A stretch of DNA of 63,723 bases, counting the filler, from Lama guanicoe (lineage: Eukaryota), in NCBI GenBank assembly GCA_013239625.1. It is 183 parts of 183 records of this genome, joined end to end, with 100 filler letters (N's around TTAATTAATTAA, not from the genome) between each part and the next. Parts side by side here need not be neighbours in the genome. Positions count along the whole stretch, not along the records: positions 49,167 to 49,415 come from PNXV01048125.1; positions 49,516 to 49,764 come from PNXV01048126.1; positions 49,865 to 50,113 come from PNXV01048127.1; positions 50,214 to 50,462 come from PNXV01048128.1; positions 50,563 to 50,811 come from PNXV01048129.1; positions 50,912 to 51,160 come from PNXV01048130.1; positions 51,261 to 51,509 come from PNXV01048131.1; positions 51,610 to 51,858 come from PNXV01048132.1; 175 more parts are not named here. One strand, 5' to 3'. The translations under genes were made by a program, and so were the position numbers. Below are positions 49,067 to 60,931 of the stretch, one piece after another. Position 1 is the stretch's first letter. Each line of letters starts with the position of its first letter. The notes beneath the pieces are model-generated. The model saw only the letters and a program-made list of their open reading frames with translations, did no database searches and was not told the origin of the DNA.

Positions 49067-49864
49067 NNNNNNNNNNNNNNNNNNNNNNNNNNNNNNNNNN
49101 NNNNNNNNNNTTAATTAATTAANNNNNNNNNNNNNNNNNNNNNNNNNNNNNNNNNNNNNNNNNNNNTGAAGGGAGCAGAAATATGGTTAAGGTTAAAACA
49201 TACTAATAGACAGTTCCCAATTCATGAATGCTTTTTAAAATCAGCATGATTTTCTTGCCTCTGTTTCCTTCTCTGTAAAATGGAAATGATAATAGAATCC
49301 AACTGCAGTGTGTAGAATAGTTCCGGGCATATAGTAAGCACTCTAAAGTCAACACCCTGCTTTTTTGCCCATCTGCTTTAACTTATTCTTTCCTGAAAAT
49401 TATAGAGGTGGCAGCNNNNNNNNNNNNNNNNNNNNNNNNNNNNNNNNNNNNNNNNNNNNTTAATTAATTAANNNNNNNNNNNNNNNNNNNNNNNNNNNNN
49501 NNNNNNNNNNNNNNNGCCTCTGATTTCCGAATACAAGTGCGCTGAGTACATGCAAGCCGCGATAGTAAGTCGATGGGTGCTGAATGACCCTTGACATCAC
49601 CATGGGTATTTTCTTTTCAATATTCATGGTTCCCTTAGTAAATTTCAGCCATCCATTAACTTTTCGTGCTTGTTCGTTGGTTTGATTTTTGTTGGTCTGC
49701 TTCTGGCTAATTTGGAAACACGTCAGGCTATGCATCTTTCCTTTCGTTTCAAACAGAGAGTCAANNNNNNNNNNNNNNNNNNNNNNNNNNNNNNNNNNNN
49801 NNNNNNNNTTAATTAATTAANNNNNNNNNNNNNNNNNNNNNNNNNNNNNNNNNNNNNNNNNNNN

Positions 49865-50113
49865 AACAAAATCTCTTAGAAGAAAACGTAGGGGAAACCC
49901 TTCATTCTATTGCATTTGGCAATGATTTCTTGGATATACACCAATGTGTGTGCAGACAACAAATAAAAAATAGATAAATTGGCTTTTACAAAAACTTAAA
50001 ACTTTTGTGCATATCAAAGGACAATATCAAAAGATAAAGGGAACTCACAGGATGGGAGAAAATATTTACAAATCATACATTTGATAAGAAATTAATATTC
50101 AGAATATATAAAG
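49865..50113 (+). mobile_element. LINE-1 ORF2 fragment
   Basis: ttagaagaaaac.taggggaaa...ggcaatgatttcttggata...aaaacttttgtgc...gatgggagaaaatattt.caaatcat. Confidence 0.85.
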
Positions 50114-52307
50114 NNNNNNNNNNNNNNNNNNNNNNNNNNNNNNNNNNNNNNNNNNNNTTAATTAATTAANNNNNNNNNNNNNNNNNNNNNNNNNNNNNNN
50201 NNNNNNNNNNNNNGTGAAAAATGTGCTCATGAAATTTCAGAAAAATCCAAGAACCTGTGCTTTGTTATTACCGTCATTCTTTCACAGATAAGGAGAGCGT
50301 GTCATGGAGGAGAGCTAAGTTCATAATAACACACCAGCTAGTAAGTGAAGGAACTTGAATTCCGTCCTTTGATAGCATACTTTTTGTGTCCCACACATCA
50401 ATTTGCCTTGAATTCTATTATCTTTCCTGGTTTCCAACACTCTAGTTCAAACCTTTTTTTTTNNNNNNNNNNNNNNNNNNNNNNNNNNNNNNNNNNNNNN
50501 NNNNNNTTAATTAATTAANNNNNNNNNNNNNNNNNNNNNNNNNNNNNNNNNNNNNNNNNNNNCTCCACAGCTGCAAAACAGAACACTGAGACCCACTTGC
50601 ATGGTTGCAAGTAAGACCCCAGATGTTAAAGTGCTTCATACACTCTGGGCTGGCAGATCTCGCCCCTGACTTCCCCGCCCCCCAGGCCTTGGGGCTACGT
50701 GCTGTCTGGTAAGACCTCTCCAGCTTTTCCCCGCCTCGCTCACAGAGGTTTTCAGGCTGCAGCCAGATAAATATGTGTTCATTTAAAATGAAGGCCAAGG
50801 AAAGGATTATANNNNNNNNNNNNNNNNNNNNNNNNNNNNNNNNNNNNNNNNNNNNTTAATTAATTAANNNNNNNNNNNNNNNNNNNNNNNNNNNNNNNNN
50901 NNNNNNNNNNNTGGGAGAGCAGCTCTAACCCACTGCACTCAGATCAATTGGAAAATTAGTGACAGGTTCTCCCCCCGCGTGCTAACCCTACAGAAAAGCA
51001 GCCTCAAATGCTGGGTTCATTTCTCTCTCTCCCAGTTCCTGGACCTATAATTCTTCACTCTCTTCTTAATTCCATGATGATTCCAAGTAGATTCTTTAAA
51101 AATGCTTTCTGCTATTTTTCTAGTTGTCCTTCTTGGTGAGAGGTTGGTCTGAATGACTTANNNNNNNNNNNNNNNNNNNNNNNNNNNNNNNNNNNNNNNN
51201 NNNNTTAATTAATTAANNNNNNNNNNNNNNNNNNNNNNNNNNNNNNNNNNNNNNNNNNNNCGACAAAGTAGGAATAGTGCTCTTACTCTGTGACTCCCCA
51301 TCTCCAATGGAGAGGTCATCAGGAACAGACAGGGAACCTCTGAGGCCTGGATATGTGCATAGCAGCCCTTGGCCAACAGAACTGAGTGAAACAGGCACAA
51401 AGGATCCCTGCAATTCCCAGCCCTAGATGCGAGCTGGTAGGGGTGGGACGGGACAGTCACCCCACGCCTGGGCAGAGGACCGGGACCAACTCACAGAAGC
51501 AGCCTCAAGNNNNNNNNNNNNNNNNNNNNNNNNNNNNNNNNNNNNNNNNNNNNTTAATTAATTAANNNNNNNNNNNNNNNNNNNNNNNNNNNNNNNNNNN
51601 NNNNNNNNNCGACAAAGTAGGAATAGTGCTCTTACTCTGTGACTCCCCATCTCCAATGCAGAGGTCATCAGGAACAGACAGAGAACCTCTGAGGCCTGGA
51701 TCTGTGCATAGCAGCCCTTGGCCAACAGAACTGAGTGAAACAGACACAAAGGATCCCTGCAATCCCCAGCCCTAGATGCGAGCTGGTAGGGGTGGGACGG
51801 GACAGTCTGCCCACGCCTGGGCAGAGGACCGGGACCAACTCACAGAAGCAGCCTCAAGNNNNNNNNNNNNNNNNNNNNNNNNNNNNNNNNNNNNNNNNNN
51901 NNTTAATTAATTAANNNNNNNNNNNNNNNNNNNNNNNNNNNNNNNNNNNNNNNNNNNNATTTTTCAAGCTGACTTAAAGTTAACCTCACGTTCATAATGA
52001 TGTGCTGGATAATATAATATGCTGGGTTGAGGGTAGTCCAAAACACAATTAAGAATAAAAGCAAAGTGGTATATTTATTTTGATAATTTTCTAGGATAAA
52101 TTGAAGACAATTATAGGGGAATGTGGGCCACAGCACAAGATGCAGATTTGGAAGAAACAAAAAATAAACTGGGTCAAGCGGCTAATAAAACAATGCCTCT
52201 TTTCATCNNNNNNNNNNNNNNNNNNNNNNNNNNNNNNNNNNNNNNNNNNNNTTAATTAATTAANNNNNNNNNNNNNNNNNNNNNNNNNNNNNNNNNNNNN
52301 NNNNNNN

Positions 52308-52556
52308 CTGCCTTCAGAGCGCCAATCGGAGGTGGAGTGAACAGCTGCACAGAGCAGCGGAGCGACCGGTGCCAGGAGAGGGTGGGCAGCAACCCCCTTT
52401 CCTGGCAGGAACACAGCACCTGACTGCAGCACCTGACCACAGTGCTGGGAGGGGGCATGATATGCCCACCTACCTCCCCTCTGAGCGCAGCACCTGACTG
52501 CAGCATCGGGAGGGGGAGTGACCCACCCACCCACCAGGTAAGAGCTCAGCTCCTGA
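52308..52556 (+). mobile_element. GC-rich repeat, probably LINE-1 5'UTR with internal tandem units
   Basis: Repeated cagcacctgac(tgcagca) and gggaggggg..tga...cccacc units. Homologous to the reverse complement of 13227-13474. Confidence 0.55.
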
Positions 52557-53703
52557 NNNNNNNNNNNNNNNNNNNNNNNNNNNNNNNNNNNNNNNNNNNN
52601 TTAATTAATTAANNNNNNNNNNNNNNNNNNNNNNNNNNNNNNNNNNNNNNNNNNNNCAGAACAGTGCAGAAGCAATATTTTAAGAAATAATGGCCAAAAT
52701 TTTCCCAACCTGATGAAGGATATCAAACTACAGACTCAAAAACTGAGATGGATCTTAAGCAGCACAAATGCAAAGACCAGAACAAGGGTGGCACTGTGGT
52801 GCGGCAGCCTCCCCTTCTTATGGACTTTTCTGAGCTGAGGATCCTTCAGAAAAGTTTCACAAAGCAATGGACATCCTCCAGGGACAACAGACCCTTCTGG
52901 AATGGNNNNNNNNNNNNNNNNNNNNNNNNNNNNNNNNNNNNNNNNNNNNTTAATTAATTAANNNNNNNNNNNNNNNNNNNNNNNNNNNNNNNNNNNNNNN
53001 NNNNNACTTTTAATAGGAACTAACTTTATAATCCATTATAGAGAAATCATCAAAGTAATATTTACAAAGAACCTTTAACTTTGTAAAGTATTGCCACAAG
53101 CATTATCCACTTCATCTACTATTCACATGCTCATCCAACAAGAACTATTTTTGGTAGCATTCTTGGCTCTAAGCTCGGAGCTGGAATAGATCTAAAAGCT
53201 CTCCGCCAGTAGTTAGGAAGCACACGAATGGGATATGCTAAGCACCGGGATGGGNNNNNNNNNNNNNNNNNNNNNNNNNNNNNNNNNNNNNNNNNNNNTT
53301 AATTAATTAANNNNNNNNNNNNNNNNNNNNNNNNNNNNNNNNNNNNNNNNNNNNATCATTTTTGCTTGGATTCCAGACATAGAGTGTTGGGTGCTAGATT
53401 TTGCTGTACTCCTTAAAGCAGTGCTGGATGCTCTTCTCACATGCAGTTAAGCTACTGGGACTTAGCTGTATCCTTTTGAATCTAGTTACTAGGTTTTCTT
53501 AGGGTATGTCCAGGGCATCTTTTAGTTTATGGATGATTTAGCCCCAATAATTAGGTGGTGCTCTCCTGAGGATTTTATGTGATGCCATGTGTTTTGGGAA
53601 TTANNNNNNNNNNNNNNNNNNNNNNNNNNNNNNNNNNNNNNNNNNNNTTAATTAATTAANNNNNNNNNNNNNNNNNNNNNNNNNNNNNNNNNNNNNNNNN
53701 NNN

Positions 53704-53952
53704 TTTATTTTTGCTTTTGTTTCTTTTGCCTGAGGAGACAGATCCAAAAAAAATACTGCTATGATTTATGTCAAAGAGTGTTTTGCCTACAGTTTCTTCT
53801 AGGAGTTTTATGGTTTCTGGTCTTACATTTAGGTCTTGAATCCATTTGAGTTTACTCTTTGTATATGATGTGAGAAAATGTTTTAATTTCACCTAACACC
53901 TGTCAGAATGGCTATTATCAAAAAACTACAAATAACAAATGTTGGCAAGGAT
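53704..53952. mobile_element. LINE-1 with internal inversion junction
   Basis: 53704-53891 is antisense ORF2 (KLKHFLTSYTKSKLKWIQDLNVRPETIKLLEE...). From ~53889 onward the plus strand is sense ORF2 from further downstream (HLTPVRMAIIKK region). Confidence 0.85.
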
Positions 53953-54052
53953 NNNNNNNNNNNNNNNNNNNNNNNNNNNNNNNNNNNNNNNNNNNNTTAA
54001 TTAATTAANNNNNNNNNNNNNNNNNNNNNNNNNNNNNNNNNNNNNNNNNNNN

Positions 54053-54301
54053 TAATTATAACCATCCTAGTAGGTGAGAAATGGTATCTTACTGTGGCTC
54101 CAATTTCCATTTTCCTAATGACTAACAGTGGTATCTTTTTGTATGCTTTGTTGGCTGTTTGTATATCTTTAAAGAAATGCCTATTCAAGTTCTTCGCCCA
54201 TTTTAAAACTGGGTTGTCTGTCTTTTTGTTGTTGAGTTTTATATATACTTTATATTCTTCGTATTAAACCATTATCAGATACATGATTTGCAAATATTGT
54301 C
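54053..54301 (-). mobile_element. LINE-1 ORF2 fragment
   Basis: The minus strand encodes a degenerate LNRHF...IQ.ANK...T.RYHF.PTRM region. Confidence 0.85.
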
Positions 54302-54401
54302 NNNNNNNNNNNNNNNNNNNNNNNNNNNNNNNNNNNNNNNNNNNNTTAATTAATTAANNNNNNNNNNNNNNNNNNNNNNNNNNNNNNNNNNNNNNNNNNN
54401 N

Positions 54402-54650
54402 AGACCCAGAGGTGATCATACTAAGTGAAGCAAGTTAATCAGAGAAAGACAAATATCGTATATCACTTATATGTGGAATCTAAAAAAAATGATACAGAAC
54501 AGAAACAGACTCACAGATATAGAAAATAAACATTGTTACCAAAGGGAAAGAGGGGGAGGTTAGGGACAAATTGGGAGTTTGGGATTAGCAGATACAAACT
54601 ACTAGATATAAAACAGATAAACAACAAGGTCCTACTGTAGAGCACAGGGA
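54402..54650 (+). mobile_element. LINE-1 ORF2 end/3'UTR (artiodactyl type)
   Basis: catactaagtgaag...gagaaagacaaatatc...cacttatatgtggaatctaaaa...gggagtttgggattagcagatacaaactacta...acaacaaggtcctactgtagagcacaggga. Confidence 0.9.
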
Positions 54651-55448
54651 NNNNNNNNNNNNNNNNNNNNNNNNNNNNNNNNNNNNNNNNNNNNTTAATT
54701 AATTAANNNNNNNNNNNNNNNNNNNNNNNNNNNNNNNNNNNNNNNNNNNNTTTTTTATGAGGAGGAAAACATTGTTTTAGGTTGAATATTGACCCTTACG
54801 CTGACAATGATTCAACTTAAACTCGTACGCCAAGAAGCAGTCTAGTAATTGTGACTGTTGGAAAATCTACTAGGTGGGGAGTCTAATATCAGTGGTAGGA
54901 ATACGTTTTAAACCAATGGTTTTGAGGAATAATATGCTTGAGGAATATCTATCCATATGACGCTCAATGATTATTTGAAGAAGATTTGGGAAAAAAAAAN
55001 NNNNNNNNNNNNNNNNNNNNNNNNNNNNNNNNNNNNNNNNNNNTTAATTAATTAANNNNNNNNNNNNNNNNNNNNNNNNNNNNNNNNNNNNNNNNNNNNT
55101 TTTTTAAAAAATTACAACCATGGCTCCCTCTTCTATTAATGCCACTATTTTCATGTATACTTTTAAAAGATAATTTTCCGTAAAACCATGACTCATACAA
55201 TATAAAAGTAAGCTCATGTTAAAGAATTTGTTTTACTCATAGGCATTCAGGCAGATGCTCTGCACAGTTCAGTGGAAAAGTCATCAGTATCAATTTACAG
55301 AGTAAAGAAATTTTGAGCTGAAGTGCGAATACAGCAAAACAGTTTTTTNNNNNNNNNNNNNNNNNNNNNNNNNNNNNNNNNNNNNNNNNNNNTTAATTAA
55401 TTAANNNNNNNNNNNNNNNNNNNNNNNNNNNNNNNNNNNNNNNNNNNN

Positions 55449-55697
55449 TGCACAGTGCACAGTGCACAGTGAGGCCACGCAAAACAAAACATCAGAGTTT
55501 GGAGCAGAGCGGGGTTTATTGATCAAGAGGCCACCAACCCAGAGGATGGGAGACTTAGGTTTCTCTCAGATCCATCTTGCTGACTGGCCGCCTGGCTGGG
55601 GCACAAGATTTTTAAAGGCACAAAGGATCAGTGGGAGGGGGGAGTTTGTGATTCCAGCTTCGGGATTAAGATCTCCCTTGCAGACCTCTGGGCACCA
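55449..55697 (-). mobile_element. ERV1-like LTR fragment
   Basis: gcacagtgaggcc...aaaacatcagagtttggagcagag...gtttattg resembles the antisense of an artiodactyl ERV1 LTR U5/R region. Confidence 0.6.
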
Positions 55698-55797
55698 NNN
55701 NNNNNNNNNNNNNNNNNNNNNNNNNNNNNNNNNNNNNNNNNTTAATTAATTAANNNNNNNNNNNNNNNNNNNNNNNNNNNNNNNNNNNNNNNNNNNN

Positions 55798-56046
55798 ACT
55801 AGGAGTGAAATGCTAATCCACGCTACAACCTAATGAACCTGGAAAACGTTGTGCTGTGTGAAAAGAAGCCGACACAGCAGTTCTCATAGGGTGTGACTCC
55901 ATTTACGTGAAACACCGAGAATACGTAAATCCAGAGAGATGGAACGCGAATTAGTGGTTGCCAGGGACTGTGGGGAGCGGGTAATGGAGATTGACCGGGT
56001 AATGAGTAAAGGGTTTCCTTAAGGATGAAGAAAATGCTTTGAAACT
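55798..56046 (+). mobile_element. Old LINE-1 (L1M) 3' end
   Basis: atgaacctggaaaacgtt.tgct..gtgaaa.gaagcc...ttagtggttgccaggg...gatgaagaaaatg. Confidence 0.8.
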
Positions 56047-56190
56047 NNNNNNNNNNNNNNNNNNNNNNNNNNNNNNNNNNNNNNNNNNNNTTAATTAATT
56101 AANNNNNNNNNNNNNNNNNNNNNNNNNNNNNNNNNNNNNNNNNNNNTTTTATGAAACAAAGTTTTAACAGTTTTCATAGATATATATGTA

Positions 56191-56221
<31 letters not shown>

Positions 56222-57193
56222 TTTTTTTTCCTTCTGAAAACTTCCTAATTGCACGTGCTTCTAAAACTGGGTAACATTTATTGAGGACTTCCTATGGGAA
56301 TAGCACTTTCCAAGTTGATAATTTAATTTAATTGTCATAACAATTTTACAGGGGTTATCTGTTCTCGTTCTACAGGTAAACTGACATTAGAACAGNNNNN
56401 NNNNNNNNNNNNNNNNNNNNNNNNNNNNNNNNNNNNNNNTTAATTAATTAANNNNNNNNNNNNNNNNNNNNNNNNNNNNNNNNNNNNNNNNNNNNAAATA
56501 AACAGAAGGATGATGCAAATAATATGAAACATAAAAATTACAATGTAACATATTAATTACATAATGTGTATTTTTAACTTTTAAAAAAGGGAGACTCAAA
56601 GATGAATAAAAGAAAATCTATATTCAAAGCAGAACTAAAATTCTAGAAAACATGTAAACAGTGGGGTTGCAAAGAAAGACCAAAGTAACGTACAGAAATG
56701 GTAATATATTTGTTGTGATCCAAGAAAGAAATAGAAATGCCTAANNNNNNNNNNNNNNNNNNNNNNNNNNNNNNNNNNNNNNNNNNNNTTAATTAATTAA
56801 NNNNNNNNNNNNNNNNNNNNNNNNNNNNNNNNNNNNNNNNNNNNCAGAGAAGCCCAGCCTGCCATTCTGGGTGCCCCATGAAGGGGACATTCTCCTGCCT
56901 CCAGCACTGTGGTACTGAGCATAGACAGTTGAGCCAGACTGTCTATGAGTCTTTGACCCCATCTCCAGCCTCTGCTTCCTGTATAGCCTGAGTCATGGTG
57001 CTCTGACCTCCTAGCCAAGACCTCAACCCCTTTCATCAGCTTTTCTTTGGAAATTGGAAACCCTCAGGCCTCAGGATGCTCTTGCCCAACCCTNNNNNNN
57101 NNNNNNNNNNNNNNNNNNNNNNNNNNNNNNNNNNNNNTTAATTAATTAANNNNNNNNNNNNNNNNNNNNNNNNNNNNNNNNNNNNNNNNNNNN

Positions 57194-57441
57194 ATATTGC
57201 CATTTGCAGCAACATGGATGGACCTGGAGATCATCATAGTAAATGAAGTATGCCAGAAAGAGAAACAAAGATATTAAATGATATCGCTTATATGTGGAAT
57301 CTATTTTTTTGAAAAGGACATAAATGAACTTATTTATAAAACAGACAGAAACGCACAGACATAGAAAACAAATTTATGGTTATTAGGGCAGAAAGGGGAT
57401 TGCAGGGTAAATTGGAAGCTCAGGATTTGTAGACACTAACT
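57194..57441 (+). mobile_element. LINE-1 ORF2 end/3'UTR
   Basis: tgccatttgcagcaacatggatggacctggagatcatcat...atatgtggaatct...aaatgaacttattta...cacagacatagaaaacaaa.ttatggtt. Confidence 0.9.
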
Positions 57442-57541
57442 NNNNNNNNNNNNNNNNNNNNNNNNNNNNNNNNNNNNNNNNNNNNTTAATTAATTAANNN
57501 NNNNNNNNNNNNNNNNNNNNNNNNNNNNNNNNNNNNNNNNN

Positions 57542-57790
57542 TTCTCTGATAATTAGCAATACTGAGCATTTTTTCATGCACCTATTGGCTCTTTGTGTAT
57601 CTTCACTGGAGAATTCCTTGTCTTCTGCCCATTTTTGGATTGGGTTGTTTTGTTTTGTTGTTATTAAGCTGTATGAGCTGTTTGTGTATTCTGGAGATTA
57701 AGCCCTTGTCAGTAACATTGTTTGCAAATATTTTTTCCCAATCCATAGGTTGTCTTTTTGTTTTATTTATGGTTTCCTTTGCTGTGCAAA
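57542..57790 (-). mobile_element. LINE-1 ORF2 fragment
   Basis: tgagcattttttcatg...cttctgcccatttttggattgggttg...tttgcaaatattt...ggtttcctttgctgtgcaaa. Confidence 0.9.
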
Positions 57791-57973
57791 NNNNNNNNNN
57801 NNNNNNNNNNNNNNNNNNNNNNNNNNNNNNNNNNTTAATTAATTAANNNNNNNNNNNNNNNNNNNNNNNNNNNNNNNNNNNNNNNNNNNNGTTTTCTCCC
57901 CCAAATTGTATTATATTGAACAGCCTGAATATTGCCTCCTAGTGACTTTCGGGTCCAACTTTGTATCTCACAG

Positions 57974-58066
57974 GTATTATACAAAGAGAACCTGGGGAAA
58001 GCTACCCCCACACCCTTTACTCCTGAGATGGAAAGAGTCAAACGCAATCAAGAAAACTTTAGCTCG
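57974..58066 (+). CDS. NEB: Nebulin Z-disk simple-repeat exon (complete 93-nt, phase 0-0)
   Basis: tttgtatctcacag|GTATTATACAAAGAG...TTTAGCTCG|gtattt translates to VLYKENLGKATPTPFTPEMERVKRNQENFSS, a 31-aa nebulin C-terminal repeat (SSVLYKEN/TPEMERVK motif). The ORF track reads this region in a different frame. Confidence 0.93.
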
Positions 58067-58239
58067 GTATTTCAGAGAGGGAAAAAGAGATGGTGACTCT
58101 TTTAACAAGCCTGGCAAACATGGTTATACCACTAATTTANNNNNNNNNNNNNNNNNNNNNNNNNNNNNNNNNNNNNNNNNNNNTTAATTAATTAANNNNN
58201 NNNNNNNNNNNNNNNNNNNNNNNNNNNNNNNNNNNNNNN

Positions 58240-58488
58240 GGACACTTGAGCTGTTCTACCTTTTGGCTTTTGTGAATAATGCTGTGATAAACAATGAATA
58301 ATACTGCAGTAGACATACAAGTCTCTGTTCAAGCCCCCGCTTTCATTCTTTTTTAATATGTACTTCAGAGTGGAATTGCTGGGTCATATGGTATTACCAA
58401 ATTTAACTTTTCGAAGAATAGTGAAACTTTTCACAGCAGCTGCACCGTTTTACAATCCCACCAGCAGTGTACAAGAGTTCCAATTTAT
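58240..58488 (-). mobile_element. Old LINE-1 ORF2 fragment
   Basis: ttttggct.ttgtgaataatgctg...agtggaattgctgggtcatatggta...cagcagctgcacc.ttttacaatcccaccagcagtg. Confidence 0.85.
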
Positions 58489-60137
58489 NNNNNNNNNNNN
58501 NNNNNNNNNNNNNNNNNNNNNNNNNNNNNNNNTTAATTAATTAANNNNNNNNNNNNNNNNNNNNNNNNNNNNNNNNNNNNNNNNNNNNCAGCTCTCCCCA
58601 GGGCCCTCCTCCCTCCTGACAGTCGGTTAGCTTCATCATGTAGCCGGCAGCCTCGGGCCACCAGGAAACCGCTTTTGTCTTGACTATTGAGATGCAGTGG
58701 GGGAAGCAAAACCAGGGACATTGACATTTTCCCTTTGCATAGTGTTTCTCTCTCCAGGAACTCCAATAACTTTGTGAGCATTGTTATAGGAACCCTCACT
58801 GGCTCCTTGAAGGACAGGCCTGGGTCATTTAATCACCNNNNNNNNNNNNNNNNNNNNNNNNNNNNNNNNNNNNNNNNNNNNTTAATTAATTAANNNNNNN
58901 NNNNNNNNNNNNNNNNNNNNNNNNNNNNNNNNNNNNNAATAATGATTAGTCTTGGGACAAAAAGTAATGATTACGCTTGATCAAAAAGCCACATTGAGAA
59001 GCACCGGAATTGTAACATCCCACTGCTCAGATGTAGTTCAGCTGGCTTTAAAAAACCACAACCACCACTACCACAACCACAGCAACAACAACCAAAAATA
59101 GTGTTCCTGGTCTGTATCTAAATAGCAACAATACATCTCAAGAGACTTTTAACTTGAGATTTAGTCTTTATCAACTTCCTTGTTTANNNNNNNNNNNNNN
59201 NNNNNNNNNNNNNNNNNNNNNNNNNNNNNNTTAATTAATTAANNNNNNNNNNNNNNNNNNNNNNNNNNNNNNNNNNNNNNNNNNNNGAAGATTTTGCAAT
59301 ACAGTTGACTATGAAGTTAACCAAACTGTTTCTGGACAATGAAGATCTGGAATTCTAGCTTTCCCTAAATTGGCCAACGTCTTGGAAGTGAGGGAATAAA
59401 CAAAAAGAGGGTTGGAGAGACTAAATGGACAAAGAGACAATGGCAAGACTATACATAAACATAAACTTCTGACGCACAATCAGCAACCACTCTACAGAGC
59501 ACACCAGCCCAGAAAGCCAAACAAGAACCCCTGTGNNNNNNNNNNNNNNNNNNNNNNNNNNNNNNNNNNNNNNNNNNNNTTAATTAATTAANNNNNNNNN
59601 NNNNNNNNNNNNNNNNNNNNNNNNNNNNNNNNNNNTTTTTTTTTTAGTTATAAAGGGCTTTGCATGAATGAAATAAATGGAGAACATATTCCCCACGGAG
59701 CATCTTTTAGCCTTTTCCATTGGCACACACTGCCTACTTCAGGAGATCATCTTTATGAAAAGTACAGCTCTTCTTTGTCAGCACGGTGAATTCCTCCCAG
59801 TGGAGTGCTTATGTTCCATTTATATTTTACTGTTGTTTCTAGAACTTTTGCATCCACCCCCGTTTACACAAGGATTAAATAGTTNNNNNNNNNNNNNNNN
59901 NNNNNNNNNNNNNNNNNNNNNNNNNNNNTTAATTAATTAANNNNNNNNNNNNNNNNNNNNNNNNNNNNNNNNNNNNNNNNNNNNCACTGGGAGCTTAAAG
60001 GGGCTTGTTTTTAACCCGAAAAGAGGGAAACTGAAAATACACTTGCAAGGTTTAGAAAAGCAGGAGTCCTCACAGATCAATGTCTCTCACCACGTAAGAG
60101 TGCAGTGAGGCGGGAGGAGTCGGTGACGTGACACGAC

Positions 60138-60233
60138 CCGCACACACACACCCATGCACACACAGATGCACGCATGCACACGTGTGTGCGCACGTGCACA
60201 CACCCGTGCACAGACATGCGCGCGCACCCACGT
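60138..60233 (+). repeat. Degenerate (CA)n/(CG)n microsatellite
   Basis: cacacacacacccatgcacacacagatgcacgcatgcacacgtgtgtgcgcacg. Confidence 0.8.
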
Positions 60234-60682
60234 NNNNNNNNNNNNNNNNNNNNNNNNNNNNNNNNNNNNNNNNNNNNTTAATTAATTAANNNNNNNNNNN
60301 NNNNNNNNNNNNNNNNNNNNNNNNNNNNNNNNNAAAAAAAAAATTTACAGTTCTTGGTTTTTAAACTTAAATTGATGTGATCCAAATTAAAGTTAAACAT
60401 TTATTTCCTCTTTCATACTAGTCACATGTCAAGTGTTGAATAAAGACAAGTGGCTCCTGGATACCATATTGAACAGCCATGGTCTAGAGCATGTCTGCAT
60501 TCAATGTCCAGTTCTACCACTTAATATGATCAGGGGAAAATGACTTAAATTCCTAAGCTTCAGTTTCTGCACCTGGAAACAANNNNNNNNNNNNNNNNNN
60601 NNNNNNNNNNNNNNNNNNNNNNNNNNTTAATTAATTAANNNNNNNNNNNNNNNNNNNNNNNNNNNNNNNNNNNNNNNNNNNN

Positions 60683-60931
60683 AATGAAACATAAAGCAGT
60701 CTTTTAAAGAATCAATAAAATAAATAAACCTCTAGCTAGACTGACAAATGAAAAAAGGAAGACAGAAATTACCAAACTCTGAAATGAAGAAGGTGGTATC
60801 CCACAGGACCCACAGACATAAAAATATATTTAGGCTCAGATGGTTTCAGTGTTGCAATGTATAAATTATTTTAAAAAGAAACAACACTGATTCTATATGA
60901 TCGCTTCCAGAAAATATAGGAGAAAGAAACA
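60683..60931 (+). mobile_element. Old LINE-1 ORF2 fragment with internal deletion
   Basis: atcaataaaat.aataaacctctagctagactgac...gaaattacca...cccacagacat...gatggtttcag...ttccagaaaata. Confidence 0.7.

Noticed and set aside
57906..58187. 93-aa ORF in the track
   Set aside because: Wrong frame. The real coding signal is the NEB exon at 57974-58066, bounded by AG/GT.
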